Under the pieces are notes generated by a model. That model saw only the letters and a program-made list of their open reading frames with translations. It did no database searches and had not been told where the DNA came from. Both the position numbers and the translations under genes were made by a program. From Tetramitus jugosus (Eukaryota > Protista > Heterolobosea), in the NCBI GenBank assembly GCA_937625935.1, contig OW569362.1, forward strand, positions 1 to 64,000: a stretch of DNA of 64,000 nucleotides, in the 5' to 3' direction. Shown piece after piece: positions 29,682 through 40,500 of this stretch (within the stretch, counting starts at the first letter, position 1; every line of letters begins with the position of its first letter).

Positions 29682-31304
29682 TTAGTCAATGTATGATTGC
29701 TCTTGTTTGAACCGCTCCATTCTGGCGAACAACACAAAGTATACAAGTGTAATGCTGGCACTTATGATAAACAGAATATCAAACCACTGTTCGTAAAATA
29801 GAAACTGCATTCCATGCAAAACGGATGCCATCACACTCCGTTGTGAAATTGGTAAATTCTGTCTTAGCAACATGACGCTAGCAATAAAATACGTGCCCAT
29901 AATTTGCGAGAAGAACACAATCATCGTGCTCGTACTGATGGTACTAAACAATAGTCGAGATACTCTCTGCAATGACAACAACAGACTTCTAATCGACAGA
30001 ACAATAATCCAACCAATAAATAAAAACGAGAGCTGTTGTGACCAAGCAACAAGATCAATCTTGTCGCTCATGTGGAACACAAATGTCAAATAAGATAGAA
30101 ATCGAGTAACCGGGTCTGGTCTCGTATCAGTTCTCGACATGACAAATACTTTGAAAAATGCCATTGTCAACCGATAGAGACAATAAATTGCAGTCGTAAC
30201 ACCTATTGTACGATAAATCTTTCCCTTCAAAGTCCGTGAAAACTTAACCTGATCCAATGTTGTGCAACAATCATAAACATCAAGGAACAATTGCTCATTC
30301 AACTGCTCTAGAGCAGAAATCTCAGAATTCAGATTCGAAATCTTCTCCTCCAATACCTTGTTCTGATCCGAACTGGAGAAATAGGAAACGGTGCGGCTGA
30401 TCATGCCTCCAAAGAATCCAGACGAAGCATTTCGTTGTTCATTCGGTTCATCATTCACATTTAAGGTATTGTTCAAATTGTTCCTCTGTTGAATGCACTT
30501 TGCTAACTGATGCTTCTTCATAATCGTCATGCTCAGATTACGATCCAATCTGGCCTCCAATGCGACCAAATCTTGCTCTGTTTTCTTTCCGGCATTCGTA
30601 AACAAAATCAATACATTCAAAAAGCTCACTGGTAGATTCACAGCTCCAAATCCACTGAGTAGTGCAATGACAGTCACACCGACAACAGAAATCCGTGCCA
30701 AAAACTTTTGTAGAATCACAGAGAGCCAATCTTGTACCATGGCCACAAATTCAAGCTTTTGTGTCGATGATGGATCATTGTTTGCTTCTACTCCCTTCAC
30801 ATTGGTCAACACACTGAACAGATACAAGTAAGCTACATAGGAAGCAACAACACACGGCACAAAAATCTTCCACGACGATGTGCGGCCACTCGTTGACGTC
30901 TGACTGTTCGACACAGTAATGACTCTTTTTGTTCTCATTTCAATCGAATTCAGCACATTGTTCACAAACAGTCCAATCTGATACAGTGGCAACACAAACA
31001 CGACAAAGCACAATAGAGTGCACATGTAAAGCTTCCATGTCCAAAGTCCCTCATTAATCGACGTTGCAATATCTTGGTGATTCTCCCGCTTCAACACACC
31101 AAAAATGACAAACTGGAATATGGTACAGCTCAGTGTAAAGACCATGGAGAACAAGAGTCGGGAGACGAGGTTCTGCCAACCGAGTTTGTGTGCCATCTTG
31201 GATCGAATGACAAACAGTTTGTCACAAAAGAATATACCCAGCCGAAAGTATAACAAGTTGCATGCGATTAACCAGCCCACGCCCAATACATTCCCGAAGA
31301 TCAT
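29682..31304 (-). CDS. GPR89: Golgi pH regulator / GPCR-type G protein (GPR89/GTG family)
   Basis: Multi-TM protein with RISVVGVTVIALLSGFGAVNLP, FSRTLKG, DPVT, QIMGTYFIASVMLLR and WFDILFIISA. Confidence 0.93.
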   Translation of the reverse strand: MIFGNVLGVGWLIACNLLYFRLGIFFCDKLFVIRSKMAHKLGWQNLVSRLLFSMVFTLSCTIFQFVIFGVLKRENHQDIATSINEGLWTWKLYMCTLLCFVVFVLPLYQIGLFVNNVLNSIEMRTKRVITVSNSQTSTSGRTSSWKIFVPCVVASYVAYLYLFSVLTNVKGVEANNDPSSTQKLEFVAMVQDWLSVILQKFLARISVVGVTVIALLSGFGAVNLPVSFLNVLILFTNAGKKTEQDLVALEARLDRNLSMTIMKKHQLAKCIQQRNNLNNTLNVNDEPNEQRNASSGFFGGMISRTVSYFSSSDQNKVLEEKISNLNSEISALEQLNEQLFLDVYDCCTTLDQVKFSRTLKGKIYRTIGVTTAIYCLYRLTMAFFKVFVMSRTDTRPDPVTRFLSYLTFVFHMSDKIDLVAWSQQLSFLFIGWIIVLSIRSLLLSLQRVSRLLFSTISTSTMIVFFSQIMGTYFIASVMLLRQNLPISQRSVMASVLHGMQFLFYEQWFDILFIISASITLVYFVLFARMERFKQEQSYID

Positions 31305-31504
31305 GATCGTTTCTTCTTTTGATTTCTTCCTTTTTGATTTGGTTGATCCTTCAATGATTTTCGTTCATTAGTCCGATAAAGTTATTCTTGGTCACCTCTT
31401 AGATTACCCCGCCTGAAATCTAAAAAAACTCGTACTCTGATGTTGTAAGGAATCATTCATTCAAGATCACAAGAAACAACATCACAGAAACAAACAACAT
31501 CAAA

Positions 31505-33286
31505 ATGTCATTTGAGATCGAAACTGTTCAGACCACACCCATCCCCGATCAAAAGATGGGTACGAGTGGACTCAGAAAACGAGTCAAGCTCGTTCAAAGC
31601 ACTCCAAACTACTTGGACAATTTTGTACAATCTATTATCAATGTCGTGTACACACAACATGGCAATAACCAGAATCTTCAGTTAGTGGTCGGTGGTGATG
31701 GACGTTACTTCAATAAGCAAGCCATTCAAAAGATTGTCGAAATGTTTTATGCCAATTGGGTTCATTTACTGCTGCAGAAGAAGAATGGTTCGGCTGAAAA
31801 TTGTAATTTGACAATTCTTGTGGGTCAGGAAGGTTTGATGAGTACTCCTGCTGTATCAGCTGTTATCAGACACGTGAAATCTGAGCTCGGTGGATTGATT
31901 TTGACTGCTAGTCACAATCCAGGTGGTCCAGACAATGATTGGGGTATCAAGTACAATGCACAGAATGGAGGTCCAGCCATTGAATCCATCACAGATGCCA
32001 TTTATAATCAAACTGTGAATATTAAGGAGTTTCATCGTGTGAAAGCCAATGGCTCTTTCCCACACTTGGATCTGTCAAGGAAGGAAGTCAATGCACTGGA
32101 GACGAAATTCGGAAACAATCAATTCACTGTCCGTGTCATCGACTCGGTACAGATTTACAGTGATTTGTTGTTCAGTATTTTTGACATGAATGCCATTCAA
32201 TCATTGCTCAAGAATCCAAACTTTAAGATGATTTATGACTCAATGAATGGTATTACTGGTCTGTACACTACACAGATTCTCGGTGGAAAACTTGGTGTCA
32301 GTGCCGATAGTTTGATGAATGCAACTCCATTGGAGGACTTTGGTGGAGGACATCCAGATCCAAATTTGACTTATGCTGCCGATTTGGTCAAGAAATTGTT
32401 TGATGGAGAAGCAGATCTTGGAGCTGCATCCGACGGAGATGGTGATCGTAACATGATTTTGGGAGAAAAATTCTTTGTGACACCTTCGGACAGTGTTGCA
32501 GTTATTGCAGACTATGCAACAAAGTGTATTCCTTACTTCTCAAAGAGTGGTGGTCTCAAGGGTTTGGCCAGAAGCATGCCAACTTCAACTGCTGTTGATC
32601 GTGTGGCTCATGCTTTAGGTGTTCCATGCTATGAGGTACCAACTGGATGGAAATTCTTTGGTAATTTGTTCGATGCTGGAAAGTTGAGCATTTGTGGCGA
32701 GGAATCTTTTGGTACAGGCTCAGATCATATTAGAGAAAAGGATGGAATGTGGGCTGTGTTGAGTTGGTTGCAAATATTGGCCTATGAGAACAATAAGTCA
32801 GATAAGAAGGTGTCCGTCAGAGATATTGTTGTCGACCATTGGCGCAAATATGGTAGATCTTTCTACACAAGATACGACTTTGAAGAAGTTGAAAAGAAGG
32901 GTGCTGATGAGATGATGGACAGAATGTCCGAGATGATTCAAAAGGGTGAGCTCAGGAAGGGAGACAAGTTCGGAGAGTACACTGTTGAATCAGCTGTTGA
33001 GTTCGAGTACTCTGACCCAGTTGATAACTCTGTCACCCGAAAGCAAGGTGTCATTGTCCATTTCGCTGATGGAAGCAGAATCATCTTCAGGTTGTCTGGT
33101 ACTGGCTCTGTCGGTGCTACTGTTCGTTTGTACATGGAAAAGTATGTCGAGTACAACCAGAACAATGAAACCCAGGTCCTGAATGGAGATTCCCCAGTTG
33201 TCTGCAAGCCATTGTATCCAGTTGCTCAACAAATTTCAAAGATGAAGGAATTCACTGGACGTGATGAAGCCACTGTTATCACCTAA
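31505..33286 (+). CDS. PGM1: Phosphoglucomutase
   Basis: GTSGLR, TASHNPGG (phospho-Ser), DGDGDR (metal), CGEESFG (sugar binding), and a C-terminal ATVIT. Confidence 0.97.
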   Translation: MSFEIETVQTTPIPDQKMGTSGLRKRVKLVQSTPNYLDNFVQSIINVVYTQHGNNQNLQLVVGGDGRYFNKQAIQKIVEMFYANWVHLLLQKKNGSAENCNLTILVGQEGLMSTPAVSAVIRHVKSELGGLILTASHNPGGPDNDWGIKYNAQNGGPAIESITDAIYNQTVNIKEFHRVKANGSFPHLDLSRKEVNALETKFGNNQFTVRVIDSVQIYSDLLFSIFDMNAIQSLLKNPNFKMIYDSMNGITGLYTTQILGGKLGVSADSLMNATPLEDFGGGHPDPNLTYAADLVKKLFDGEADLGAASDGDGDRNMILGEKFFVTPSDSVAVIADYATKCIPYFSKSGGLKGLARSMPTSTAVDRVAHALGVPCYEVPTGWKFFGNLFDAGKLSICGEESFGTGSDHIREKDGMWAVLSWLQILAYENNKSDKKVSVRDIVVDHWRKYGRSFYTRYDFEEVEKKGADEMMDRMSEMIQKGELRKGDKFGEYTVESAVEFEYSDPVDNSVTRKQGVIVHFADGSRIIFRLSGTGSVGATVRLYMEKYVEYNQNNETQVLNGDSPVVCKPLYPVAQQISKMKEFTGRDEATVIT

Positions 33287-33354
33287 GTGTTTTTGTTATA
33301 AATAATTTTGTTCCATTGTATGGATCTTTATTCTTCTGCTGAGAGCAAAGCATG

Positions 33355-35679
33355 TCAGTCATCACGTGCAGGAGCGTTCTGCTTGTAGTGGTTCAGTTCA
33401 TTCACATACTGCAGCCGCATTTGAATAGCGTTTATCTCTTCCTCCTCGTGCTTCATCGCTTCACGCTGGATGTCACTAAATATGTTCTTAATCTTTTGTC
33501 TATGTTCGCGTAGTTGAGTCTGAAGCATACGCAGTTCAGCACTCACTTCGTCATCTTGAATAGGAAGCTCGTCCACAGAACCTTTGTATTCATTTCTCGT
33601 ACATTCAATTCCAATGTGACTCAACTCATCAAATATATTTTGGGAAAGGGTCTCCCTTGACACCATATCGTAGTCACTCGATTTCGTGTCAAAGTCAATC
33701 ATTGGATGGTCCGTGTCACACTCAGGAATAGGAAACAACTTTCTTATTGCCTCTCGATTGGAACTCTCCAACTTTGTCCAGTCCGCTTTACCAAGCAGAC
33801 TCCGTTCTAAAAGCTGCTCATATTTACTAAGCTCTGTGTCATCTTGAGCTGCTACTGGTGTTCGAACAGTCTTTCCAAAACGAGAAGCTCTTGCTTTAGC
33901 CTCAGGTGATTGAGGTGTACGGCTACTGCTGGCAGCCATAAAATCTGGAATAGAGATCAGTGAGTTTTCAGATACCAATGAACTTAGCAGTCTTTCTGCA
34001 ATATCAGTTGAAAAACTCACATCCTGAGACTCTGATCCCAAGGCCATGTTGTGTCTCCGAGCAAATGCCCTCGACGCTTTATGAACATCGAATATAGAAT
34101 TATCTCGCGATGAATCATCTCCACCCATCTGTACATCACCTTCATTATCTAGAAAGCTATATTCATCCGATCCGTCGTATCCATTTGCCCTAGTGACAGA
34201 ATTGGCCAGACTCCTGCTCATTTTAATATTATCATCCAATCCTAGTGGTGGAATAGTGTACAGGGGATCAGTGGAGTCATCCTCGGGAAATGGAAAAAAA
34301 TATTCAGGGGAGATGTGCTTGGACACAACAGGCTTAAAGTAATACTTGTCAATGTAGTGCCAGAATTGTTGAATCATCGTTTTCGGTTTTTCACGATTGA
34401 TCATGTCTTCATGCAGTAGATCGAGATTATTTACATCTACATGAGGAAGATTCTGGGCGCCTACAAAAGAGCTCGTATAACTGATCTTTTGCTTCTTGGC
34501 AGAGGAAGAACTTGGTGTAACACGATTCCTTCTTCTCTTCCGTTTTGTGGCAGGTGTGGATGAGTCGTCATCAGGCATACCACCCGATCTCTCGTCCTCT
34601 GTCACTTCCTCTTCACTCTTGACCATTACGCTGGAAGCGGGAACTGCAAGTACCTTGGGTTCACTTGGTACTTCTGCTCTCACCTTTTTTGGTCTTCCTC
34701 TCGTTTTCTTCTTGATTGCCGGTGTACTGGTCACCACTGTTGGCACAACTACTTCTGTCAGAGGATGTGTGATGGAGTTTTTCGTGGCCAATGTATCCAC
34801 AACGGCCACAGTAGTGGTAGAGGGGACTGCAAGGGAAGGAGAGGTCAATGGCTTCGAAGGTGAACTCTCCAACGATCCATCCAAATCAATTGGTTCCACC
34901 TCTTCACTGTCACTGTCCGATAAGCTTTCATTGGTGGTATTGTTTGGATCAAAGTCATCATCACTCAAATGACCATCCGTTCTCCTTCGCTTCTTACTCG
35001 TGGAGGAAGCAGAGGTGGCCTTTGTGCTGCTGATTGGTGTTACAGCTTCCTTGATCAAGATTACCTCTTCTTCAGAATCCGATGAGATGACATTCTTCTT
35101 CTGCTTGAGACGATTTAACCGTTTCTGAGTGACTGCTGTGGCCTCCTTCTGCTCAGATGAAGCTCCACTGAGCTTTGCTATTTCAACTATTGTGGTGGTG
35201 TCAACTTGAGAAGAAGTCTTTTCTTGTGTATCCTCATCAGTAATGGGTTGGAGCTCTTGTTTTATCTGGGAAGTCGTTGGTAATGGTGTTATTGGTGTGG
35301 GTGTCGATGGTGCAGTCGGTCTAAAGTAGTCATTGATGAAGACCTTCTTCTTCTGTTGTGTGGCAGGAGAGCTTGGTATAGTTGGTTCAGCTCCAGAGGG
35401 TGGTGTGACCGGTGATGGTGTCCTTGGTTCACCAACAGTCGAAGCTTCAACGACCTCTGTAGCTTGAGCTTTGGGGTTGTATTGAGTCTCAACCTCTGCC
35501 AATTTTTGCTGTAGTTGAGTGGACCTATTTTTGGTGTGGTCAAGTGCACTCCGCAACGCTTTCAACCAATCCTCCGCGGATTGTAACGGCAGTGTGCTGT
35601 TGGGAGAATATTGGTGCAGTTCTGAGAACAACTGGTCCAATGAAGATTGGATCACTTTTTGTGTATGTTCATCAGACAT
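33355..35679 (-). CDS. Transcriptional adaptor ADA3/NGG1-like (SAGA HAT module) with an AT-hook-like motif
   Basis: FWHYIDKYYF..., YTIPPLG, AERLLSSLVSE, ELSHIGI and DDEVSAELRMLQTQL occur in the ADA3 order. TRGRPKK is AT-hook-like. Confidence 0.7.
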   Translation of the reverse strand: MSDEHTQKVIQSSLDQLFSELHQYSPNSTLPLQSAEDWLKALRSALDHTKNRSTQLQQKLAEVETQYNPKAQATEVVEASTVGEPRTPSPVTPPSGAEPTIPSSPATQQKKKVFINDYFRPTAPSTPTPITPLPTTSQIKQELQPITDEDTQEKTSSQVDTTTIVEIAKLSGASSEQKEATAVTQKRLNRLKQKKNVISSDSEEEVILIKEAVTPISSTKATSASSTSKKRRRTDGHLSDDDFDPNNTTNESLSDSDSEEVEPIDLDGSLESSPSKPLTSPSLAVPSTTTVAVVDTLATKNSITHPLTEVVVPTVVTSTPAIKKKTRGRPKKVRAEVPSEPKVLAVPASSVMVKSEEEVTEDERSGGMPDDDSSTPATKRKRRRNRVTPSSSSAKKQKISYTSSFVGAQNLPHVDVNNLDLLHEDMINREKPKTMIQQFWHYIDKYYFKPVVSKHISPEYFFPFPEDDSTDPLYTIPPLGLDDNIKMSRSLANSVTRANGYDGSDEYSFLDNEGDVQMGGDDSSRDNSIFDVHKASRAFARRHNMALGSESQDVSFSTDIAERLLSSLVSENSLISIPDFMAASSSRTPQSPEAKARASRFGKTVRTPVAAQDDTELSKYEQLLERSLLGKADWTKLESSNREAIRKLFPIPECDTDHPMIDFDTKSSDYDMVSRETLSQNIFDELSHIGIECTRNEYKGSVDELPIQDDEVSAELRMLQTQLREHRQKIKNIFSDIQREAMKHEEEEINAIQMRLQYVNELNHYKQNAPARDD

Positions 35680-35950
35680 TTCTGAAACAAGCCGTCTTGA
35701 TTAGTTTCGACAAATTTCGTTTGTCCGTTGATATACTTTGTGTTGATGATTGTCAAACAAGCGAATTGTCGCAGACAGTTGGTGTGATGCTTCGACAAGC
35801 CATAACGAACACACCACACAAAAAAAAACTATGCGGCAAGGAGAATTATACTCCTTACAATAAAAACTTTCCGCCAAAATTCTGTCGTCGGAGAAATCAA
35901 ATCCAAAGAGAAAACCTGAACACGGAGAGAAAAAGTGCATTTGCTTTTCC

Positions 35951-37705
35951 ATGGATGACTTGGGCGTAGCTACGACATCCACTCCTGCTGCCATTGCGGC
36001 ACAGTGGCTAGAATCTTGTCAAGATTTCCTATCCAACACTCCTTCTTCGTTCATGGCAACTCTTCGTTCTGCCACTGGTGGCATCAGCAGCACGACATCA
36101 TCGACCACCACTCCCAACCACTTTTATAGAGGTGAACATTTGTCGTCGTTGCTGATCCAACCAAAATTCTTTCTTTCACTCAGTACTCTTTTGTTGTCGT
36201 TTAGTGGTTTCAAATGGTTGCTTGGAATGGTTGCTTCGAGGGCAATCATGAGGAGGCAACATCAAGTGGATATATTGTTGAGAAATGCGACGAACAATAC
36301 GACATCATGTCACTATTCACTTCATGAGCTATTGAATTTGTGCATTGGAATTTATTTGCACGAGTATTTGGATAGGGCAGGTCAGATTCCCACTCGTTCC
36401 TCATCATTGTCATCAATGTCGTCATCTTCCATGCTGATATCGCGATTGTTGTCGTTCGTGCCTGGTCGCAACAGACATTTGAAACAGCAAGTCAATCATA
36501 GCAATCAATTGCCTTGTTGTCTCATTGCAATTCATCATTTAATGTCAAAGCATTCATTGTCTGTTGCTGATGGCAATGAAGATGGACAGATTGTTCTTTT
36601 AATGAAACGGTTCTTTATTAATTATGAACCACGGTTACGCATCTGTCTCGGTGATGATTACAAGGAGTTGATGATGACATCGTCGCAGAATGTGATTTAT
36701 GAGGAGAATGTTGATTTGAGAGTGTTGTTTTCTGGGTTGAGTGGTGCTGATTTTCAACCGTTTATTCAGTATGCATATGGAATCATATCGGGCAATGTAT
36801 CAACACAGAGAGATGCACTGCAATACATGCAACTAACGTATCAATCATTGGAGAATAATACTGGAACGCATATTGTGTTGTTGAGTCAGCAGATTCAGCA
36901 GCATCAGCAGCAACAACAACAATACCAAGCACAGGCAATGAAGAGAGATTTGAATCACTCCGAAGTAGAATTAGTGAAGAAGATGAGTTTATTTAGGAGT
37001 CAATACGCACAAGCGATTAATGATTTTGACATTATTGAACTATTGAATGGAATTAAGCATATCTTTGGAGGAAGAAGTTTTGTTGTCGGTCGTTGCAAAC
37101 ATGCTCAATTGTCGAAAAAGTTGTATTATTTGTCTACGGATTCTCCTGTTGCTCCCTTGTTCCAGGCATTGAGAATTGTTAGCTTGTCTGACAAGTTGCA
37201 TGTAGAATATTTATTGGAGAAATTAACGATATGTACATTGTTGATGCTGATTGAAAATGGAGTTTATGACTATGAAACGACACAGTTGGTGTGTCTAGTG
37301 CATGCAGCTCGCATCGTGATTGAATCTCACTCTGGACCATCGTTTGAGAATCAGGAATCAGAGGACTTTAGGTGGAGTATATTGCGACAAACATGGTTTG
37401 CTGTTCTGGGCTTCTTTTTATTCAATGGCATGTCACCTCAGATTCCTACCACACTCGATCTAGAAACAAAAGGAGTAAAGAGAGTGGAGGACATTCTCGA
37501 GTGGGAAGATATTATTAAGCTGTTGCGCAATAGCATTACAGGCAGTTCGTACAGTGAATCCTCTCGCACAAAGCGAGATCCCTATCAAGGACTAGAGCAT
37601 TCAATTAAGCTCATATTTAGTTGCGAAGAGCAGAGCAGGGCTTACCCACAGTATCAATTTTTGTTCCGATATATTGCATCTGAGAGGATAAAGATGCATG
37701 AATAA
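35951..37705 (+). CDS. Hypothetical protein
   Basis: 584-aa ATG ORF with an N-terminal hydrophobic segment; no motif recognised. Confidence 0.7.
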   Translation: MDDLGVATTSTPAAIAAQWLESCQDFLSNTPSSFMATLRSATGGISSTTSSTTTPNHFYRGEHLSSLLIQPKFFLSLSTLLLSFSGFKWLLGMVASRAIMRRQHQVDILLRNATNNTTSCHYSLHELLNLCIGIYLHEYLDRAGQIPTRSSSLSSMSSSSMLISRLLSFVPGRNRHLKQQVNHSNQLPCCLIAIHHLMSKHSLSVADGNEDGQIVLLMKRFFINYEPRLRICLGDDYKELMMTSSQNVIYEENVDLRVLFSGLSGADFQPFIQYAYGIISGNVSTQRDALQYMQLTYQSLENNTGTHIVLLSQQIQQHQQQQQQYQAQAMKRDLNHSEVELVKKMSLFRSQYAQAINDFDIIELLNGIKHIFGGRSFVVGRCKHAQLSKKLYYLSTDSPVAPLFQALRIVSLSDKLHVEYLLEKLTICTLLMLIENGVYDYETTQLVCLVHAARIVIESHSGPSFENQESEDFRWSILRQTWFAVLGFFLFNGMSPQIPTTLDLETKGVKRVEDILEWEDIIKLLRNSITGSSYSESSRTKRDPYQGLEHSIKLIFSCEEQSRAYPQYQFLFRYIASERIKMHE

Positions 37706-37900
37706 TCATGAAAGAGGTATCAATAATTTATTACGACAATACTGATGAAATACAGTCTGATGGTATGTCATGACAAATAAAATATTTTGTCACCAATCGA
37801 ACACGTAGTATTACGAACGAAGTGTTTTACGTGATGATGAACAATAGTTAGTCTCGATCGAGTTGATCATTATGATGAGATTAACTCTGTTTCCTCCACC

Positions 37901-38659
37901 TTAAATGGGGTTCATTGCATACCCATTATGCATGTTCAACAGTTCGTTCATCCATCTCTGCAGACCATCTGGATTCTTAGTCACAACCTCTTCGTATACA
38001 TTTGGAGAAACAACTCGCATCCACTGAAACAATCCGAATAGACAATAGTCGGCATATCCAACAGTCTCGCCATGTATATATTTTTGATGTTTCAAGGTGT
38101 AGCGAATATGAGCAATGTTGCTGTTCAGAACTTGAATATTCGCTTCTTTTGCTCTCTCGATTTCATCAAACGACTGGCCAAATCTCTCTTCTCTAGATGA
38201 TTTAAAATAGGACTTATTGCTCTCGTCCAGTGCATTGTACACATCCACAACACAACACTTTGCAACAACACCCACCAATTGATTCGCATAATTCGACATG
38301 AATTTGGTCATGGGCTCCATCGTACTCCTCGAACCTGGAAACAATGCCGGAGCCGATTCATACTGGTCCTCGAGATAGCTTGCAATGTTCCAACTGTCGT
38401 GAACAACTGTCTTTAATTCATCTTGAGCATCATACACGAGTAAAAGAGGAACTGTATTGGTCTTTATCTCTGGGTTTTGTTGCTTGTGTTGTTCAATAAA
38501 GGGCTTGATCTGGGAGAAGGTAAGGGACTTGACCTGGAATGGCAGTTCCTTGTGCTTCAGAGCCATTCTCGTTCTCCATACATATGGACTAAAGAATTTG
38601 GATGGATCAGAACCCACCAGATCACATAGAACCAACCTCGCTGTCTCTGTTTGTTTCAT
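37901..38659 (-). CDS. Glutathione S-transferase, LigE/beta-etherase (GSTFuA)-like
   Basis: FSPYVWRTRMALKHK, TVP (cis-Pro), DSWNIASYLE, YFKSSREERFG and GYADYCLFGLFQW. Confidence 0.88.
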   Translation of the reverse strand: MKQTETARLVLCDLVGSDPSKFFSPYVWRTRMALKHKELPFQVKSLTFSQIKPFIEQHKQQNPEIKTNTVPLLLVYDAQDELKTVVHDSWNIASYLEDQYESAPALFPGSRSTMEPMTKFMSNYANQLVGVVAKCCVVDVYNALDESNKSYFKSSREERFGQSFDEIERAKEANIQVLNSNIAHIRYTLKHQKYIHGETVGYADYCLFGLFQWMRVVSPNVYEEVVTKNPDGLQRWMNELLNMHNGYAMNPI

Positions 38660-38859
38660 TGCAGTTTTTTTGTTTCTTGTAGAATATTTGAAAACTTTAC
38701 TCCGCTGAAAATCCCCATTGTATTTTGACACATGCCAAGACTAGAAAAAGTAACAAGTTCGTTTTCCCTCCCAAATAGCACGTATGCTTTATTACTCTCT
38801 TTTTGACTGAGATATGAATGATGAACATCAAACATCGAAGCATCGAAGACCGACTGGAT

Positions 38860-40293
38860 TTAATCCCAGTCATCATCATCAAAGTCAGAGTCACTCTCAG
38901 AGTCATCATCGTGCACATTCTCAAACTTCTTACTCAAGATATCAGCGACAGAAACTGCTGTAGGCACAGTGCTTGTTGGTTTTTCAGCAATCGTACGCTC
39001 AGAAGCTGCAGCAAGTTTCTTTCCCGCACGAATCTGCTCCAACAGATTCATCTCTTTCTTGACTGGAGCCTGCTCAACAGTCTTCTTGAGTGAGACTCCC
39101 TGTAGCATGGCATCCAATCCACCACCACCACCACCAGAGCTCATGACAGCTGCTGGAGGAGGAGGACCAGGAGGTGGAGGAGGCATGCCCATGGAAGAAG
39201 ACATTGGAGGAGGAGGTGGAGGAGGACCAGGTGGTGGAGGTGCACCAGTGTTGTTTGACATGACAGGAGGAGCTGTCATTGAAGGCATCGACTGGTAAGG
39301 CTGAGGAATTGGATTGTTTCTTGCTGGCTCTGGTGTATTCATCACTGGAGGTTGATAGAGTGATGGAGGAGCAGGACCAGGTGGAGAAGTCTTGATGGAA
39401 GCAGAGCTATTGCTATGAGTGAGAGGTGTCGATGGAGTGTTGGTTGAATAGGCATCGTAACCACTTGGACTCACAGCTGAACCACCACCATTGTTGGAGT
39501 GACTTGGAGGAGTAGGTGTGCTTGGTGATGGACTCACTAGTGCATTAGAGCTACTGTTGTTGCTGCTGATGCTGTTGCTTGGAGCGTGCTCAATCTTGTT
39601 ACCCTGAGAGTCAAAATTCTTTCTGTAGAGTTGAATTGACGCGACTTGTTTGGCGGGTTGATTGGCGGGGCGCCCTGATTTCTCCTGCCTCTTTTTTCTT
39701 TTGAGCAATTTTCGCTCATTTTTTTGTCGTTGGAGCTCTCCCTTGGCCCAATGTCTAAAGAAGAAGCTTGGACAACTGTAGTAATCAGTGCAAGGGAGTC
39801 CCTTTTGTGGATCTTCCATCATGAGCTGTGAGAGCTCTGGTGCAAATTGTGGTAGCTCTCCACAGTTACTCTGATATTGCCATGCGAGTGCAGGCGGATT
39901 GTTCTCCTTGGACACATTCTCCTGATTGACCTTGTTCAACACGGCACGTTGACTCTCAGTCAACACATAACCATTGTTCGTAAACAAGAGCTTGTGATTA
40001 TTGGCAATCATGTACTGTTCAACATTGGTCAACGTAGAGTTCATTTGCTGTACGCGGTCAGTCAATTTTGAGATTCTTTCAAATGTGCCTCTGCTTGTTT
40101 GAAGAATGCTGTCAAACATTTCAGTCGCAATCAATGAAAGATTGGATAGTTGAAACAGGAGACCGTTGAGTGAGTTGGCAGCGGAGCCTTGAAGTGTGTT
40201 ACCGCTGATGCCGGCACTGGAGATGAGCTGGATGCCTTCGTTACGGTGACCGTAGGCATCGTAGTGATTGATTGGTCTCTGGAGAATAACCAT
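38860..40293 (-). CDS. SCAR: SCAR/WAVE Arp2/3 nucleation-promoting factor
   Basis: WHD (NSLNGLLFQLSNLSLIATEMF...YSCPSFFFRHW), basic region, polyproline, WH2 (NLLEQIRAGKKL), C (VADILSK) and acidic DFDDDDWD. Confidence 0.93.
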   Translation of the reverse strand: MVILQRPINHYDAYGHRNEGIQLISSAGISGNTLQGSAANSLNGLLFQLSNLSLIATEMFDSILQTSRGTFERISKLTDRVQQMNSTLTNVEQYMIANNHKLLFTNNGYVLTESQRAVLNKVNQENVSKENNPPALAWQYQSNCGELPQFAPELSQLMMEDPQKGLPCTDYYSCPSFFFRHWAKGELQRQKNERKLLKRKKRQEKSGRPANQPAKQVASIQLYRKNFDSQGNKIEHAPSNSISSNNSSSNALVSPSPSTPTPPSHSNNGGGSAVSPSGYDAYSTNTPSTPLTHSNSSASIKTSPPGPAPPSLYQPPVMNTPEPARNNPIPQPYQSMPSMTAPPVMSNNTGAPPPPGPPPPPPPMSSSMGMPPPPPGPPPPAAVMSSGGGGGGLDAMLQGVSLKKTVEQAPVKKEMNLLEQIRAGKKLAAASERTIAEKPTSTVPTAVSVADILSKKFENVHDDDSESDSDFDDDDWD

Positions 40294-40500
40294 GACTAAA
40301 TCTCACTCGAATATAAAAAAAAATGATACAAGTTGTTTGTTTTGTTGTTTCTGCTGGGGAAACCTTGGTTTTTTTTGACACGATGCTAGTGACAGGTGAT
40401 GTCCGTGTTACAATATTGCGAACGGAATGAACTGGGAACTTCAGCGAGTTGATTGAATGTTTAGTGGTTCAGAATACAAAAAGGAATTGGGTAACGAGAG

